Assembly: GCA_964016885.1 (NCBI GenBank)
Contig: OZ024742.1
Span: 55,490,001-55,554,000 of the forward strand
From: Eledone cirrhosa
Lineage: Eukaryota
Direction of reading: 5' to 3'
Length of the DNA: 64,000 nucleotides
The position numbers and the translations under genes are program-made. Positions 16,090 to 30,263 of the stretch are shown here, in pieces. Below the pieces are notes generated by a model. That model ran no database searches and had not been told where the DNA came from. It saw only the letters and a list, made by a program, of their open reading frames with translations. The stretch's first letter is position 1, and each line of letters begins with the position of its first letter.

Positions 16090-17200
16090 AATGCAACAGG
16101 AGTCTTATTTTTTTTTTAAATAGATATATTTATTTGGTTCCTTTACCGGTTTCGCAGTTCTTCTGCTTTTCAAAAGGTGAGTTGAGATGGAGGGTCTGTG
16201 GTTTTTCTCACATCTGGTTGGTCTCTGAATGTTACTTGTTTTATATGGAAAAAGTGGCTCGAAATGCCAGGTTTTTCGAGAAGTAATTTGATTGGTTTGT
16301 CAATAATTATAATAAATTTCGCGCCAGTTCGCGTTACAATAGTTCTTCAAATAAGAGGGGGGGGGGGTGTCACAGGTTGTTTTTTCATATATGAGTGTTT
16401 GAATTTCTTTTTATTTGAAAAAAGGAGGCTCACGAAGGCTTTTTCTTGGTTGGTTATAAATGAAATTATGGCTGTCACGTGAACAAGTTTTCATTAAATT
16501 TTTGTGCCCTTATTTGGAAATCCATTCTGTAGCCTTTTTAGAGAATTTTTTGATAAGTGAAAGATAATTGTTTCTACTTTTGGCACAAGGCCAGCAATTA
16601 CCCAGTGTATTACTGGTACTTTATTTTATCGACCTCGTAAGGATGAAAGGCAAAGTTAACCTCGGCGGGATTTGAACTCAGATCATAAAGGGCCGTAACT
16701 CTTTGCTGCAAAGCATGGCGTCCGACCCTCTACCGATACTGCCAATCCAAAGGGATGGGAGAATTGTTCTAGTTCGGTGAATATGGTTAGTTCGCTGGGG
16801 TGTCAGAATTCAGATTTTCTATTGAATAAAGAAAGTAAAGATATGTATGTTTATTTGTGTGCTTGTGTGTGTGTGCGTGTGTGTTGTGTGTGTGTGTGTT
16901 TGAATTTCTTTACTTTAAAAAAAGGGTGGCTCACGAAGGCTTTTTTGTTAATAAACGTGATTTGATTGGTTATAAATGAAATTTGGCTGTCACGTGAACA
17001 AGTTTTCATTACATTTTTGCGCCCTTATTTGGAAAACTATTCTGTAGCCTTTATAGCGAATGTTATGACAATGGAAAGATAGTGGTCAAGAGAAATGGGA
17101 TTGGGAGATTTGTTCTGGTTCAGTGAATATGGTTAGTTCGCTGGGGTGTCAGAGTTCAGATTTTCTATTGAAGTGAAGATATGTATGTTTATTTGTGTGC
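16090..17200 (-). mobile_element. Decayed PLE-like fragment in a partial tandem duplication (~16385-16860 vs ~16895-17200)
   Basis: The direct duplication is visible. The minus strand reads LQNGFPNK, resembling the PLE NGYP thumb motif. A SINE is present only in the first copy. Confidence 0.45.
16565..16750 (-). mobile_element. tRNA-derived SINE
   Basis: Reverse complement of the SINE consensus. Confidence 0.88.
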
Positions 17201-17369
17201 TTGTGTGTGTGTATGTGTGTGTGTATGTGTGTGTGTGTGTGTATGTGTGTGTGTGTGTATGTGTGTATTGGAAGATGATTCTATTAGTAGAAATGGGGGA
17301 GGGAGTTGTGTGTGTGTGTATATGGGTGTTATGTGTGTGTGTGCGTGTATGTTAAGACGCGAGGTCAAA

Positions 17370-18625
17370 GAAAAAAAATATATACACCAACATAGTATTC
17401 ACCGAAAGTTAGTTTACAAAACAACAAATGTTAAATTAGTCAAATCTCAATTTGATAATGTAAATTGGAGAAATTGGCTCAACCGCAACCCTATGCACAC
17501 GCAAGTAAAATCAGTTCAATGTTCTGCTATACGTGTATCGATTGAATTGTAACATCCGTATCTTCTAAATAGTGTATGTTTTATTATATACACATCCGTA
17601 TCGTCTAAAAAGTGTATGTTTTGGTATATACACATCCATGTGAAGAGCTCATATCGAACTCTGTATGTGCCGTTGTCCCATTGAGAATCTGAGTCCCCAA
17701 ATCTGTGCGTGCAAGCAACCGCCATGTAGGCCACCAAGGGGATCTGTGTAGGGTTGGGTATTTGGGTTAAGATGTCAGTATGTGCGTTTTCCCGTCATAT
17801 GGGCCCTTGGGCTGTTAAGATAAGTGTTTGAGTGGTGGAGGTGTGTTACCCAACACAGAAATAAAATAAAATAAAATAAAATAAAATAAAATAAAAAAGA
17901 ATAGCAAAACCCCGAGGATGTGTGTAAGCCCATTAATGGTGCGTAAGTAATATTGTCCAATCAGTAACCGTGAGCACTCCATAGTAAGACGATCACGGAT
18001 CAAAACCTAGTGTAGTGTTCAATTGATAGGATACTGACAAGTCATAACTGTGGGAACTCCGTGTCTAAAGAAACTGGGTACTGTGTGTAGAGTCATGTAT
18101 AAAGGGCGTAATCGGTCTTAACTGAGTGTGTAATACGTCTAACTATTTACTAACCGAGAGAACTCAATGGTTAGAGTATTCTAAAGTAATGGTGAATGCG
18201 CGTAATCGGTCTTAACTGAGTGTGTAACCATTCTAACTATTTACTAACTAGGTATTGTAAAGTAGTGGTAAATGTTCACTCAGCTGTGAGAACTCTGTGA
18301 AAACAAATCGAGTACCGTTTGAAAGTGCGCAAACGATCTTAGCTGTCCAATACCTGAGTGTGTGATTGTCTGTTTTTTGCTAATTGAGAGTACTCTAAGG
18401 CTAAGATAAAAATGGAGGAGTTAGTGGTAGGTTACTTTCCAAAAATCCTGCGGAAGGTTTTCGAGGTTCTATGCTAGCAGTTGTTGAAAAAATCCGTTCT
18501 CCTATTGATTAATAGGGGGCCGCCTCTAATAATATTAAAGGTTTCAGCTATACATAAATTACAGACGCCCGTGCTGCCGTTATATGGCTGGGCTGAGAAA
18601 ATTATGTACCAGGATAAGGAGTGCT
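17370..18625 (-). mobile_element. 5'-truncated Naiad-type PLE (EN C-terminus + 3' UTR)
   Basis: 18474-18620 encodes SWYIIFSAQPYNGSTGVCNLCIAE...LINRRTDFFNNC*H, homologous to the C-terminus of the 49164 ORF. The extent of the UTR is approximate. Confidence 0.75.
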
Positions 18626-18732
18626 CTATATATATTTTATATATATATATATATATGAATGTATATATAGTGTATTGCAAAATACACTATATATACATTC
18701 ATATATATATCGGTATTTCAGAGCACCAATTC

Positions 18733-18907
<175 letters not shown>

Positions 18908-21900
18908 ATTTGTGTGTGTGTGAATGTATATATCGATGGAATCATAATCAGGATCTCTCTGTATTTTTGCCTGTATCTCTGTGTACATGTTTGATGATTT
19001 ATTGGTTATTTTCATCGTCATTTTATTGTTTTATAACCGCTAACTCTAGAATCGCTCTTTCACAGTCTAAGCTTATTTTTCAGAACTTTATTTGCTCTTC
19101 GTGTATCTTTCAATAAGTATTGGATGTCTTTGCTAATTACTTCAGTTTTATTACTAACAAAACCGTGAAACTACGATTAAGAACTATACGTTTCTTCAGA
19201 TTTTAATAGATAGACATTTCAAGGAATTTCTTGTATCTATTTAAATGACTGTGCCAGTTACAATATTGTTGTTTAGAACCTGCCTCATCTTGAAAAAGGA
19301 TACGATGAGTAGACTGTAATTATACAATATATTTTGATGTATTTTATTTGTGTATTTTGTTAGTGTCAAGATAAATTCACCAGAGAGTGTTGAAATAATT
19401 TCGCATGGGCTCATATTGCCTGAGTGTGTGGAGAGACGCTTTTGTCACTGCTGACCTCACTCGGCTGTTATTCATTCATTCTATTCTGTTTCATAAAATG
19501 TTTTCATTTAAACAAACAGCTTCCAAGTTCCTTTGTACAGAATTTTACAGCTCTGATTACTCAAAATAACTATATAATTTTGTGTCACATCAAAGTGAAT
19601 ATATTACCTACGTAGCGACAATGATGAGTGGAACATCATACTTAACTGTTCACAAATTAAGTTATATGCATAATACTTAGCGTACATCTTTAAATAACTA
19701 TTATATTTGGATATATGTTTGGCGAAGCTGCTGGTTCTATATTATTAGTCAAGTACTAAGTAAGTTATTTCTAAGCAACCGCAATATTAGTTTAAATTGA
19801 AAATATTTAATACTGTTTTACATAAATAGTAATTGATTTAAACACTCTGTTAAGCAATATATAATATATATTTTATATGTCTATATATTTTCTATGTCCG
19901 ACAGCCGGGTAGCGTATTTGTCAAAGAGAACATTGATTATTCTCGACAGTAATTTTAAACAGTAACGAATCTTAGTTCGTTTGATTCTATTCTCAGGTGA
20001 ACGTCCACGTTTGTTTTTCTTTCTTCTGAGATCAGGACCAACAAGTATGGAATTCATTGAAACTGAAAATCGATACGCTACTGTCACTGCGGCGTTAAAT
20101 GTTTTTTTTCCACTGACACACACACCAATAGCTCACACTTGTGCATTTATTGTCATGCTTGTGGGTGTTGAAAGGCATTGTCATTAGAGCGCTGTGAAAT
20201 ACCTCTTGATCATAGCTATAAAGTTGCTTTATTTGATTAATTGTGTTACTCGTCTTTGAATATTTAATAGAATAATGATATTGTATGAAATGTGGACGAC
20301 GATTAGGTCACTAATAACTCTCTCAATAATTGTGCCTCGTGATTTGTGATTTAGAAATCATATTATGTGTGCATATTTACACATGGTGGTAGACAAAACG
20401 ATGCATAGTGGTAAGTACCCATATGAATTGTTTGTGCCAGATCTCACTAAGGCTCAGTGATTTATCGTAGCTAAAATATAATTCAATGTTAATCATTAAA
20501 TTTAATAAGTATATTTTAGTCTGGAATCAAACACCAGTATATACAACAATTCTATGATGTAATATTCTTGGAGTTTGTGAATATAACATTAACCTGTATA
20601 AAATTACGTTTCAAGTATAATCCAACGATTATACACTGGAAATTGTTTGTGCCAGATCTCACTAAGGCTCAGTGAAATGCAGAAATTATATGAAATGTAG
20701 TTTTATATATATTATTATTTCATAAGAACTGACATGAATGGACTATTAAACACAATCACAATAACTTGATATACTAATTTAGAAGAAAATATAACGAGCT
20801 CCTATTGCCGTCATCAATGAAACGCTAATGATGTATTATTCCAGAACAAGTAATTCAAATGTCTAGGAGGCTATGTAGTTATGAATAGGTATTATTCCAC
20901 AATAGTAAGGTATGGTCTCAAACCATGTGCCTGAGTCCTATTTTCTGGTGTACGTACTAATTATATCTATTATTTGACTCACCCAAATAGGCAAATATGA
21001 AGATGTTGGGGAGTAGCACAAAGTGCCAGATGTCAATATGTTCTGCTTTCTAGGACTTCCCGTTGCTTACATTATTGTGGGATCAAATTAATTGTTGTTA
21101 ATTCCTTAGGTCAAAAAATTAGGGAACAATAAATACAAGTAACTAAACCTGAATTAATCATACGTTGTAATAAAGTGTATTAATTAATCATGCGTTGTAA
21201 TAAAGAGAATTAATAAAGAGTAAACAATTTTTACATTTTAACTACGTTACGATCCATGTTATAACAAATAGTCAGAGTCATATTCATGCACGTGCACACC
21301 ACGTGACATATTCTTCTATGTGTATACTACCACATATCATATTCTTGCATGTAGTCCCAACAGGTCATATTCTGCTGTGTCCATATCATGTGTCTTATTC
21401 GTGTAGTTGGACACCACGTGTTCTAATGTTGTATATGCACGCAGTCACAGATTCTATGCGAAGGAATATAATTAATTCTACCCTTATAGTGTTCTCATAT
21501 ACTAGGTCTATAATACACTTACCCAATGGACCTATCTACAAAAGTCTAAAATTATGATGATCAGAAAACCACTTCATCGATACGGAATTATGTGTTTAAT
21601 ATTGGAAACTATATTCTCTTTAATGATGACGGTAATGATCAGCGAAAATATGAACTTAATAAATCTACTAATTTTTTTTTAAATATTGTTTATGAAATCG
21701 ATTTGGACCAAAAATCAATCACACGACAAACTAACAGATGTTAATGTTCTTGTATTTGCCAAAATGTGTACCAGACGTTAGAAAACCTATCAGGTAATGT
21801 AACTGTTTAACAAAAAATCCATTGGTGATAATGAACACAAAATACAAGCAAAATAGAACTATTGATTGTACAGACAAAAATGCCTGGAATGTATATAGAC

Positions 21901-22984
21901 GCTCAAGAAAATATTTGACGTAAACCATAATAAAATGTACACTAAATACGCAGTAAATAAATGGTAATTCAGTTTCTGATGCTGCTTTTGTTTTCGGCTA
22001 TATATTCATCATATTGATTGCCAACTCGTGTACGTATGTTCGTATGTTTATGTACAATGTAATTCTAAAGTTCTAGATATTTTGTAGTTGACTAACTGAA
22101 TTTGCTCTGCTTCTTTCTCATAGAAATAACAAAGGAAGAAGCCCACACACATATATACGTACACACGCACACACACACACACATACACACTCACACGCAC
22201 ATATATGTATGCATATATATACATATATATATATAAATATATATATATGTGTGTATGTGTAAGTGTGTGTGTATGCGTCTGGAAAATTCCGGTGATGATC
22301 TACTTATATGTAAATATATTAAAACTCTTAGTGAAAAGAAAAATATATTGTCTAAAATATCCAAGCAAATATACGTATAAACTGCGTGAGTATGTGAGCC
22401 AAGAAATCAGTAACTAGTAAACAGCAATTTATAATGAATTTTAGCAGATTGCCAATATAAATAACATTCCATGGATTCCTGTTCAAGTTAAGGCGTCTTT
22501 TAAAATATGTCAATATTCTTAACGTTTGTTTGTAGTAACAAATCTTTGAACAGAAAATATGTAATTGCAAAAATTCTTGCTGTACACACAGTTTTGTATA
22601 GAGAAGAAACACAATTGAAAATTCATTGAAAATTGAATATTCTCTATTTTATTAATTATTATGTCAACTCCTTATATTGAGAGAGTCCTATAGTTTGCTT
22701 ATAAACTCTTTAAATGTTCTGGAATGTTACACAATACGATGGCTATATTCATGGAATCATGGAGAACAAAAGCTACATTATAAGCGTGCAACTTAGATAA
22801 TAGTTTTTGTTCGAATAAATCATGGAATAGTCAAAATAATTTATAATCCCAAGAATCATGATAAAACGCTGAATTAACTAACTGCACTGTAATTCTAAAC
22901 CGGCCATTAAGTCACAGTTCTTTGTGGGGATATGAATGTGTATTGAAAGGATTCAAGTAAATATAGAATTAAAAATAAAATCAA

Positions 22985-23145
22985 TAATGACTTCTAACTT
23001 AATCACAAGGCGAGGCATTTTAGGGACGGATGGTCTATAAAATTGATCCGAGTACAGCCGAATAACTGGTACTTTTTGTTTTCGTCCCCGGAAAGATGAA
23101 AGGCAACGTTGACCTCTGTTGGATTTGAACTCATGAATCTTTCAA
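22985..23145 (-). mobile_element. Diverged SINE copy
   Basis: CTGGTACTTT..CCCCGGAAAGATGAAAGGCAACGTTGACC..GGATTTGAACTC is the reverse of the SINE core. Confidence 0.75.
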
Positions 23146-23774
23146 TCTACCGCTCTCAAAATGTAAAGGTACCTGTTGCAACCATTTTGCCATAAACCTT
23201 TAACAGTAAACGAATAATGGTATATGACAATATCTGTCCTACATATCCTAACATTACAAAACTATCAAAATAAGTTTTACCTCATTATCAGCGTTATGTT
23301 CGACATATTGGCATTCATTAGCCGCATTTTATAATGTTGTGGCTTTAATGGTCCAGGTTATTTATTGATATAATATGTTGATTATTAATTTCTTCTGATA
23401 TTTGAACTTAATATAAGAGACTGCAAAATATTGTAATGAAAATTATCAATTTGTGATCAGATATATAATTTTACTTCATTATATAGATTACGTTATGAAA
23501 TAAGCTATCACTCTTTAAAACAGCTTTGGTTTACACACCACAATCTGAGAAATATGCCGCTATAAAAACTATAAGATATACATTTGCTGCGTTTCACATT
23601 ACATATGTTCCTGTAAACCGAATTAATATCGTTGAATAATTTAAATATTATCTTCTCAAAGCGAAAATCAAAGCTTCAAACATATCTGAAGGGAGTTCTG
23701 TTTGGCACGGAATTATGACACGAAACAAAGTTGAGAGTATTAACATAAGGGAATTAAAGATTTTTAAATGTGAG

Positions 23775-23808
<34 letters not shown>

Positions 23809-23821
23809 TCCTTCTTTATAA

Positions 23822-23859
<38 letters not shown>

Positions 23860-24299
23860 CAAGTGTGCGTGTGTCCTTGCGTGTATGCTAAGGAAATAAT
23901 ATATTAAACAAAATGCTTGCCAAGTATTACTGAACTAGTCTTGCTATGTGTATCATTGTTCAATTAAAAACCTAGCATGCACAATCTGATACTATCTTCA
24001 AAGAAACTAACGTCTTGTTTCATACTTATGTATGGAGTATTTGATAGATCATATGTTCCTTATGCACTTTCCTAAATATATATCAAACAAAACGCATAAG
24101 GCCATGGCACAAATAACTATATTTCTTGATATTTGAATTTAAAAAAAACTATATCAGATATAACACCGAAGCATGAGATATGAAAATATCAAGATGTTTC
24201 TAAGTTTCTTCTGAGACAATAAAAAAAGAACGACCCCATAATCCTCTCTAAGTATCTCCTGTCTTAGAAGTCATGGAAATGACAATATATTGAAATAAA

Positions 24300-25082
24300 A
24301 TTCATTACAATCACTCCCACGATGGTTCATAGAATTTTAGCATATTTGCATATGAGAAAAGTTTGGGCAAAGCTAGTGTCCTAACACTTGTCTGTGGAGC
24401 AAGAACGGAGATTGTTGGAAATTGAGCTAAATACCATGGATAAATTAATATAAGGAGATGGATCATATGGGTTCGAGTACACTCCAGAGATAAAGCAGCA
24501 ACGTGACGTGTGGCAGACGAAGTATTCTCCTTGTCTGAAGAATGATGATCAGATCTAGGAAGAAACTGATGATCATCATTTTCTTAACAGCCAAAGTATT
24601 GTTCACAAAAATATTTTACCTAAAAAAACACACAGTTAATCGAACCTTCTACAAAATTTATCGAAAGCACTTCGAAAATGGGTGCAGTAAGACCGAAAGG
24701 CAATATATTTTGATTGCTCATTCAGCACTTTCAATTAGAGAATTTCTAGGAAAGAAAAACATTCACACTCTTCCAAATCCTCCCTGCAGCGTAGAACTAG
24801 CTCCGTGTCATTTTTAGCCCTTCTCTGAGTTGAAATCGACGTTGAAAGGTCATCATTTTGGTACTGTAAAAAACAAAATATACAAAATATTATAAACGAC
24901 GAGCTATGGATACTCACAGAAAATGACTTCCGGTACTGCTACGATCAACTGTAAAAAGGTTAGAACCCTAGTGTGACTTCCTATGTGTCGTATTGCAAAC
25001 GAGATAACTTATAATTTCATGGACATCTAATACGCACTTAAATAAAAGACCAGTACCCACGCCTTTGGGACATGCCTTGTAT
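24300..25082 (+). pseudogene. mariner-type transposase remnant with probable 3' terminus
   Basis: MRKVWAKLV (cf. WVP), GDGS.GFEYTPEIKQQ (cf. TGDE-W-Y-PE-KQQS) and PPCSVELAPCHF (cf. YSPDLAPSDF). Ends GGGACATGCCTTG-TA. Confidence 0.85.
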
Positions 25083-25586
25083 ATGTATATCAATATTTGT
25101 ATGTGCATATTTATATATATATATATATATAATATTTGTAAATCAAACTTTAGCTGCAGTACAGCATGTACAATTCGATTTGTTTTTAGGCAATCACAGA
25201 GTACTCAATGGATTTAAAGTTAAAAACAAATATTAAATCCAGAGTTAAACACCGTAGTTGTAAAATGTGACACCAAGATAACTGACCGAAGGCACAAACT
25301 ATACATACAACAACATAGTGATATATACAAAGAACATTGTCATGCCTGGAACATCTTCGATAGATTAAAATCGATATAAATTATAAAATACCGGATAGGT
25401 TTCTGGAAACACTATGAGTTATATAATACACAAGTAAATCATATACATACAATACATGTGTACTTCCACGGTCGAATTGGAGCTCTTTCGACTGCAAGCT
25501 TCGTCCTTTATTAAAAAAATTCAACTGACCACATAATTTTACGCTGCCTGTAGCATTGTAGCAGTAATCCAATCTGCAGTCATGTG

Positions 25587-25699
<113 letters not shown>

Positions 25700-25764
25700 T
25701 CATATATACATATATATATGTGTGTGTGTGTGTGGCTTTCCTTTATTTTCATAGACAACATTAC

Positions 25765-25808
<44 letters not shown>

Positions 25809-25815
25809 TATATAG

Positions 25816-26245
25816 TGAAAGAGTGAAGAATAACATGATCAACAGTACAAAAAGGGTTTTATTTACTGTATTAAAAATTTTTTCATTGATTAAGTTGTCT
25901 AAAAATTGCTAATCACTTGAAGTTGTGTCACTCAATTTTAAATACATTTTATTTAAAATTGAGTGATACAACTTCGAGTTATTAGCAATTTTGAGACAAC
26001 TTAATCAATGAAACAATTGTTAATACTGTCAATAAAACCCCTTTTGTACTGTTGACAATGTTATTCTTCACTCTTTCATTATTATTACTCCAAGATTAAC
26101 TTGCATGGGAACTCCCAAGAACTCACTAACTTGCTACCTAAAGAAACCTCTTGTTGAGTCAAACAACGCTGTACACTAAAACTTTCCACAATATGAATTA
26201 TTCACTGCCTCTAACTGGATTACCTATAATGATAATTTTTTATCC
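25816..26245. mobile_element. Asymmetric inverted-repeat insertion in (TA)n
   Basis: Arms ~25816-25943 and ~25951-26078. Right-arm extension to ~26245. TA tracts on both sides. Confidence 0.75.
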
Positions 26246-26289
26246 TATATATATATATATATATATATGAGTGCGCGCGTGTGTGTGTA

Positions 26290-26595
26290 ATGAACAAAAT
26301 GATATTTCAATGAGGTTTCTATTGATTATGCTCGGTCACTATTGTTGCACAGATGGGTGGCTCAAGATCCTTATTTTTATTTGTTTTATAGACCCGACTC
26401 CAGCCACATCTCCTCATTTGTGACTTGATGTTCTATGGTGAGATTCTGCTTTTGCTTGATTAGTAAGTGTGATGAACAGATTGGGTCTGGAGTCGGGTCT
26501 ATTGCACAAATATGGATGTTGAGTCACTCATCTGTGAAACGTTCGTAACTCTAACTAATCAATAAAGGTTTCAATACGAAACCGTGTTTTGATCT
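26290..26595 (+). other. ~300-nt imperfect rod-like hairpin
   Basis: 26388-26403 is a perfect complement of 26487-26502. 26348-26370 pairs with 26514-26536, and pairing extends to the ends. Confidence 0.8.
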
Positions 26596-26788
26596 ACTTA
26601 ATATATACACTGTGCTCTAGCATAGAGTGAAAATATAGGCACCTTTCTCAGTAAAGCAAAAATCTGATGAGTCTTTTGATGAATCTGATGAATCTTTTGA
26701 TGAATCTGATGAGTCTTTTGATATATATATATATAATTTTCTTTCCTTGTGCTATTTAATTGTAAGAGACTATTTTGAGTTTCCAACT

Positions 26789-26852
<64 letters not shown>

Positions 26853-26856
<4 letters not shown>

Positions 26857-27463
26857 AAGGTATATATTGAGTTGGAAACTCAAAATAGCCTCTTACAATT
26901 AATTAGCCCAAAGAAAGAAAATTTTTCCTGGCCGTATGATATAATTCAATATAAAAGAGAGAAAAATACAGATTATATGCATATATGTGTTCAAATAGTC
27001 AGGGACCAGATTCGCTAGGGTGAAAAAAATACTAACTATGAACAATAGAATTCTACTTTCTTTTATCATATATATATATATTATTGTTGCTATACATATT
27101 TTGTTGAGTGTTATAAGGTATTTCATAACGTGTAAATTCCTCAATCTCAGGAATGAAATAATTAAAGTAATGCACATTTATGGCTTGTATAATTTAAATA
27201 GTGAGTTAAATTATCCATCGAATATATTGCATTGTATTTGTGATGTACCTTTCTATGACTTGTCCTTTTTGTTTTATTAGCTTTCGGAGATAATGCTTCA
27301 ATCAATTTCCTCATTTCTGTATTTTGTATTTCCTCGTTAAAAAGATATAATGTTTCTCCCATTAGGAATTTACTTCTAATAATCCCTCTCTACATAAACC
27401 TTTATGTATTTACTTGTCTATGTTTTGTAAATGGGTCGTGTTTATCTGTTGATATTCATCTGC

Positions 27464-27465
<2 letters not shown>
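26853..27465 (-). mobile_element. PLE-like 3' end family abutting (TA)n (other copies 26738-26790 +, 28438-28570 -, 36112-36160 -)
   Basis: Shared terminus ..GCTATTTTGAGTTTCCAACTCAATATATACCTTTGAT-(TA)n with a TTGAGT/ACTCAA hairpin. A degenerate HHR-like GAAAGCT core lies near 27275-27340. Confidence 0.6.
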
Positions 27466-27513
<48 letters not shown>

Positions 27514-27580
27514 CCGGAGTATCGCTAAAAAGCTTTCTCCGATATTGTATTTATTTATATATAAATATATATATATATAT

Positions 27581-27773
27581 ATTGTTATCCTTGGGGAGGT
27601 TCATATTTGTGTAATATTGCCAGAATTAATAACAGAACACACTCACTGTTTCGTTGGTTTTCGCTTCTCGCTTCTGTGTCTTTTATATCGGTAATCTAAC
27701 TTACTCGGTCCTCAATGTTGCCATTGACTGACCGATTTCATATAAAAAACCTCGCAAAACTAATTCATCGCCG

Positions 27774-27774
<1 letters not shown>
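27581..27774. mobile_element. Two-armed PLE 3'-end insertion: inverted pLTR segment joined to a tail-only arm
   Basis: 27581-27732 is the reverse complement of 29637-29783. 27733-27774 is the reverse complement of 28603-28644. TA tracts on both sides. Confidence 0.8.
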
Positions 27775-27825
<51 letters not shown>

Positions 27826-27886
27826 GTATATATATCCAAGTATATATATATATGTATATACGTATATATATATATATATATTACAT

Positions 27887-27938
<52 letters not shown>

Positions 27939-28407
27939 AAATTTCAGGTTATCAATAATGTAGTGATAATATATCGTTACGTTAGAGATGAACAGCGTAC
28001 GTGCAGGTTTGCTCAACGAGTATAAATTATATTCCGGAGAAATGTAGAAAGGATGAATATAAAATGAAAGTGCTTTTGTTAAAAAAGGAATTTATTAGGT
28101 ATTGACATATGTTTCTGTAACAGACCGAATACCTATGTATCGCTGCTTGCGTAATCATATAATGTTAGCAAGTATTCGATAGCAAATGTATAATCAGTTG
28201 TCACTTCTTCAGAAATTTTGGATAAACTGGATAAAATCAGAAAAATTGAAGTATTTATATTAGTAAAAGAGGAAGGAACAGAGGGGATAGAATATGACAG
28301 ATGGTAAAATAATTTACTGCTAAACAAGTATATAATGGGTTTTTAATGAGAATACCATGAGTAAATCTAAATAAGAATTTTGGGAGTGCCGATTTTATAT
28401 TCATCCT

Positions 28408-28441
<34 letters not shown>

Positions 28442-28562
28442 AAGGCATATATTGAGTTGCAAACTCAAAATAGCCTCTTACAATTAATTAGCTCAAAGAA
28501 AGAAAATTTTTCCGGGCCGTATAATATAATTCAATATAAAAGAGAGAAAAATACAGATTATA

Positions 28563-28601
<39 letters not shown>

Positions 28602-28604
<3 letters not shown>

Positions 28605-29777
28605 GGCGATGAATTAGTTTTGAGAGGTTTTTGATATGAAATCGTGTGTCGAAACAAATATTGTTATACTTGGGGAGGGAAAGCCACCTCATGGTACGAC
28701 AACCAGAGATACCAGAGTGTCATGTTTGTGGACGCTACCTCTGGAGGGAAATTAGCTAACCAGTGTAGAAAGGCCCTGAGAAAGACCCACTTAAAGATTA
28801 AGGTGGTAGAATAGCCAGGAACCACCATAAAATCCCTGATCAGCAACATCTACCCTTTTAAGAAAACCCACTGTACTAATAGGAAGTGTATCATATGTAA
28901 GGTAAACCCCCGGATAAACTGTAAAACTAGAAACATAGTCTATAGCATAAGATGTACAGAGGGTACTTGCAGAAACATGACAACAACATACATAGGCGAC
29001 ACACCTCGTAGCATAGGTGAAAGGATAGACCAACACTGGGGGGGGGGGGGACTAAAAGGGCGAAAAACGGTTCAGTACTATACGAACATGCCAGACAACA
29101 ACACGACGGTAACATAGACAACATAGAAATTAGAATAATATCTAAACATAGAAATGACCCAGCAGATAGGCAAATCAGAGAGGCCAGTGAAATAGAACTT
29201 AGAAGGCCAAGGCTAAACAGAAAGAATGAATGGAATAACAACAACACCCAAACAAAAAACACTGACCTAAGAGAAGTATAAATAAATAAATAGATAAATG
29301 AATAAATAAATACATACACAAGCACAATAACAACAAACACATATAAACATACACTAGTAAAGATAGAATACATTAACCAATACACAGTAACCCAAACACA
29401 AACACACATCAAACAAAACACTATACACACACGCAAACGCATGCGCAAAGAAGAAAAAATAAAATAAACAAATAAATAAATATATAAACAGACTAAATAA
29501 AGATGGCGTAGAAAATACAATGCAACGGGAGGGAACAATAGCACACTGACGATGTTGAAGATGTGCAACGAAAGAACTTTGATAAACTATATATATGTGT
29601 TTGAGTCTATATTGTATCTGTATTATTTTTGACCGTTGGTCACTCAATGGCAACATTGAGGACCGAATAAGTTAGATTACGGATATAAAAGACACAGAAG
29701 CGAAGACCAACCAAACAGTGAGTGTGTTCTGTTATTAATTCTGGCAATATTACACAAATATGACCCTCCCCAAGTAA

Positions 29778-29783
<6 letters not shown>
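28602..29783 (+). mobile_element. 5'-truncated PLE (Neptune/Nematis-like GIY-YIG) with an inverted tail-bearing arm at 28602-28680
   Basis: 28690-29245 reads VMFVDATSGGKLA..CTNRKCIIC..NCKTRNIVYSIRC..YIGDTPRSIGERIDQH..RQIREASEI..LNRKNEW, with a stop and a frameshift. Flanked by (TA)n. Confidence 0.88.
29541..29586 (+). ncRNA. Minimal hammerhead ribozyme motif
   Basis: CUGACGA-U-GUUG/CAAC stem II-GAAA-GAACU-U. Stem I is weak. Confidence 0.55.
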
Positions 29784-29852
<69 letters not shown>

Positions 29853-29859
<7 letters not shown>

Positions 29860-30134
29860 TTAGAAATTATAAGCTTTCACCGTATTTTAGACTAAAGAAA
29901 TTTCCAGCCTGATAGTGGGGTTTATAACCCTCGGAGAAATGGAAAATGATGAGTGTTGCCGTACTCGGCAACACTCATCTTTTTCCATTTCTCCGAGGGT
30001 TATAAACCCCACTATCAGGCTAGAAATGTCTTTAGTCTAAAATACGGTGAAAGCTTATAATTTCTAATTTCTAATTTTCAAACTCGCGGACCGTTTCAAA
30101 AACATACTTACATGTTTACATTTATAATTTGCTT

Positions 30135-30138
<4 letters not shown>
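29853..30138. mobile_element. Asymmetric hairpin copy of the tRNA-headed tandem-unit family
   Basis: Arms 29853-29961 and 29966-30074 plus a 64-nt tail. Same sequence and same two termini as 45209-46125. TA flanks. Confidence 0.9.
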
Positions 30139-30193
<55 letters not shown>

Positions 30194-30215
30194 TGGTAAC
30201 ACAACAGTTAGTTCA

Positions 30216-30263
30216 CCATACCGAGAAAAATTGTTTCACTTTAGCGGATCTTCAGCTCGTATT
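30216..30263 (-). ncRNA. Minimal hammerhead ribozyme motif next to (TA)n
   Basis: Minus strand: stem I CGAG - CUGAAGA - short stem II - GAAA-CAAUUU-UU - CUCG. Confidence 0.6.

Noticed and set aside
20426-20675. 35-bp direct repeat pair resembling a CRISPR repeat
   Set aside because: Only two copies ~215 bp apart in eukaryotic DNA with no cas genes. A local duplication.
25465-25515. Possible HHR (minus: GGACGA...GAAAGAGCTC), with similar weak cases near 35055-35120 and 56575-56605
   Set aside because: Core nucleotides are mutated and stems incomplete, so they are not supportable individually.
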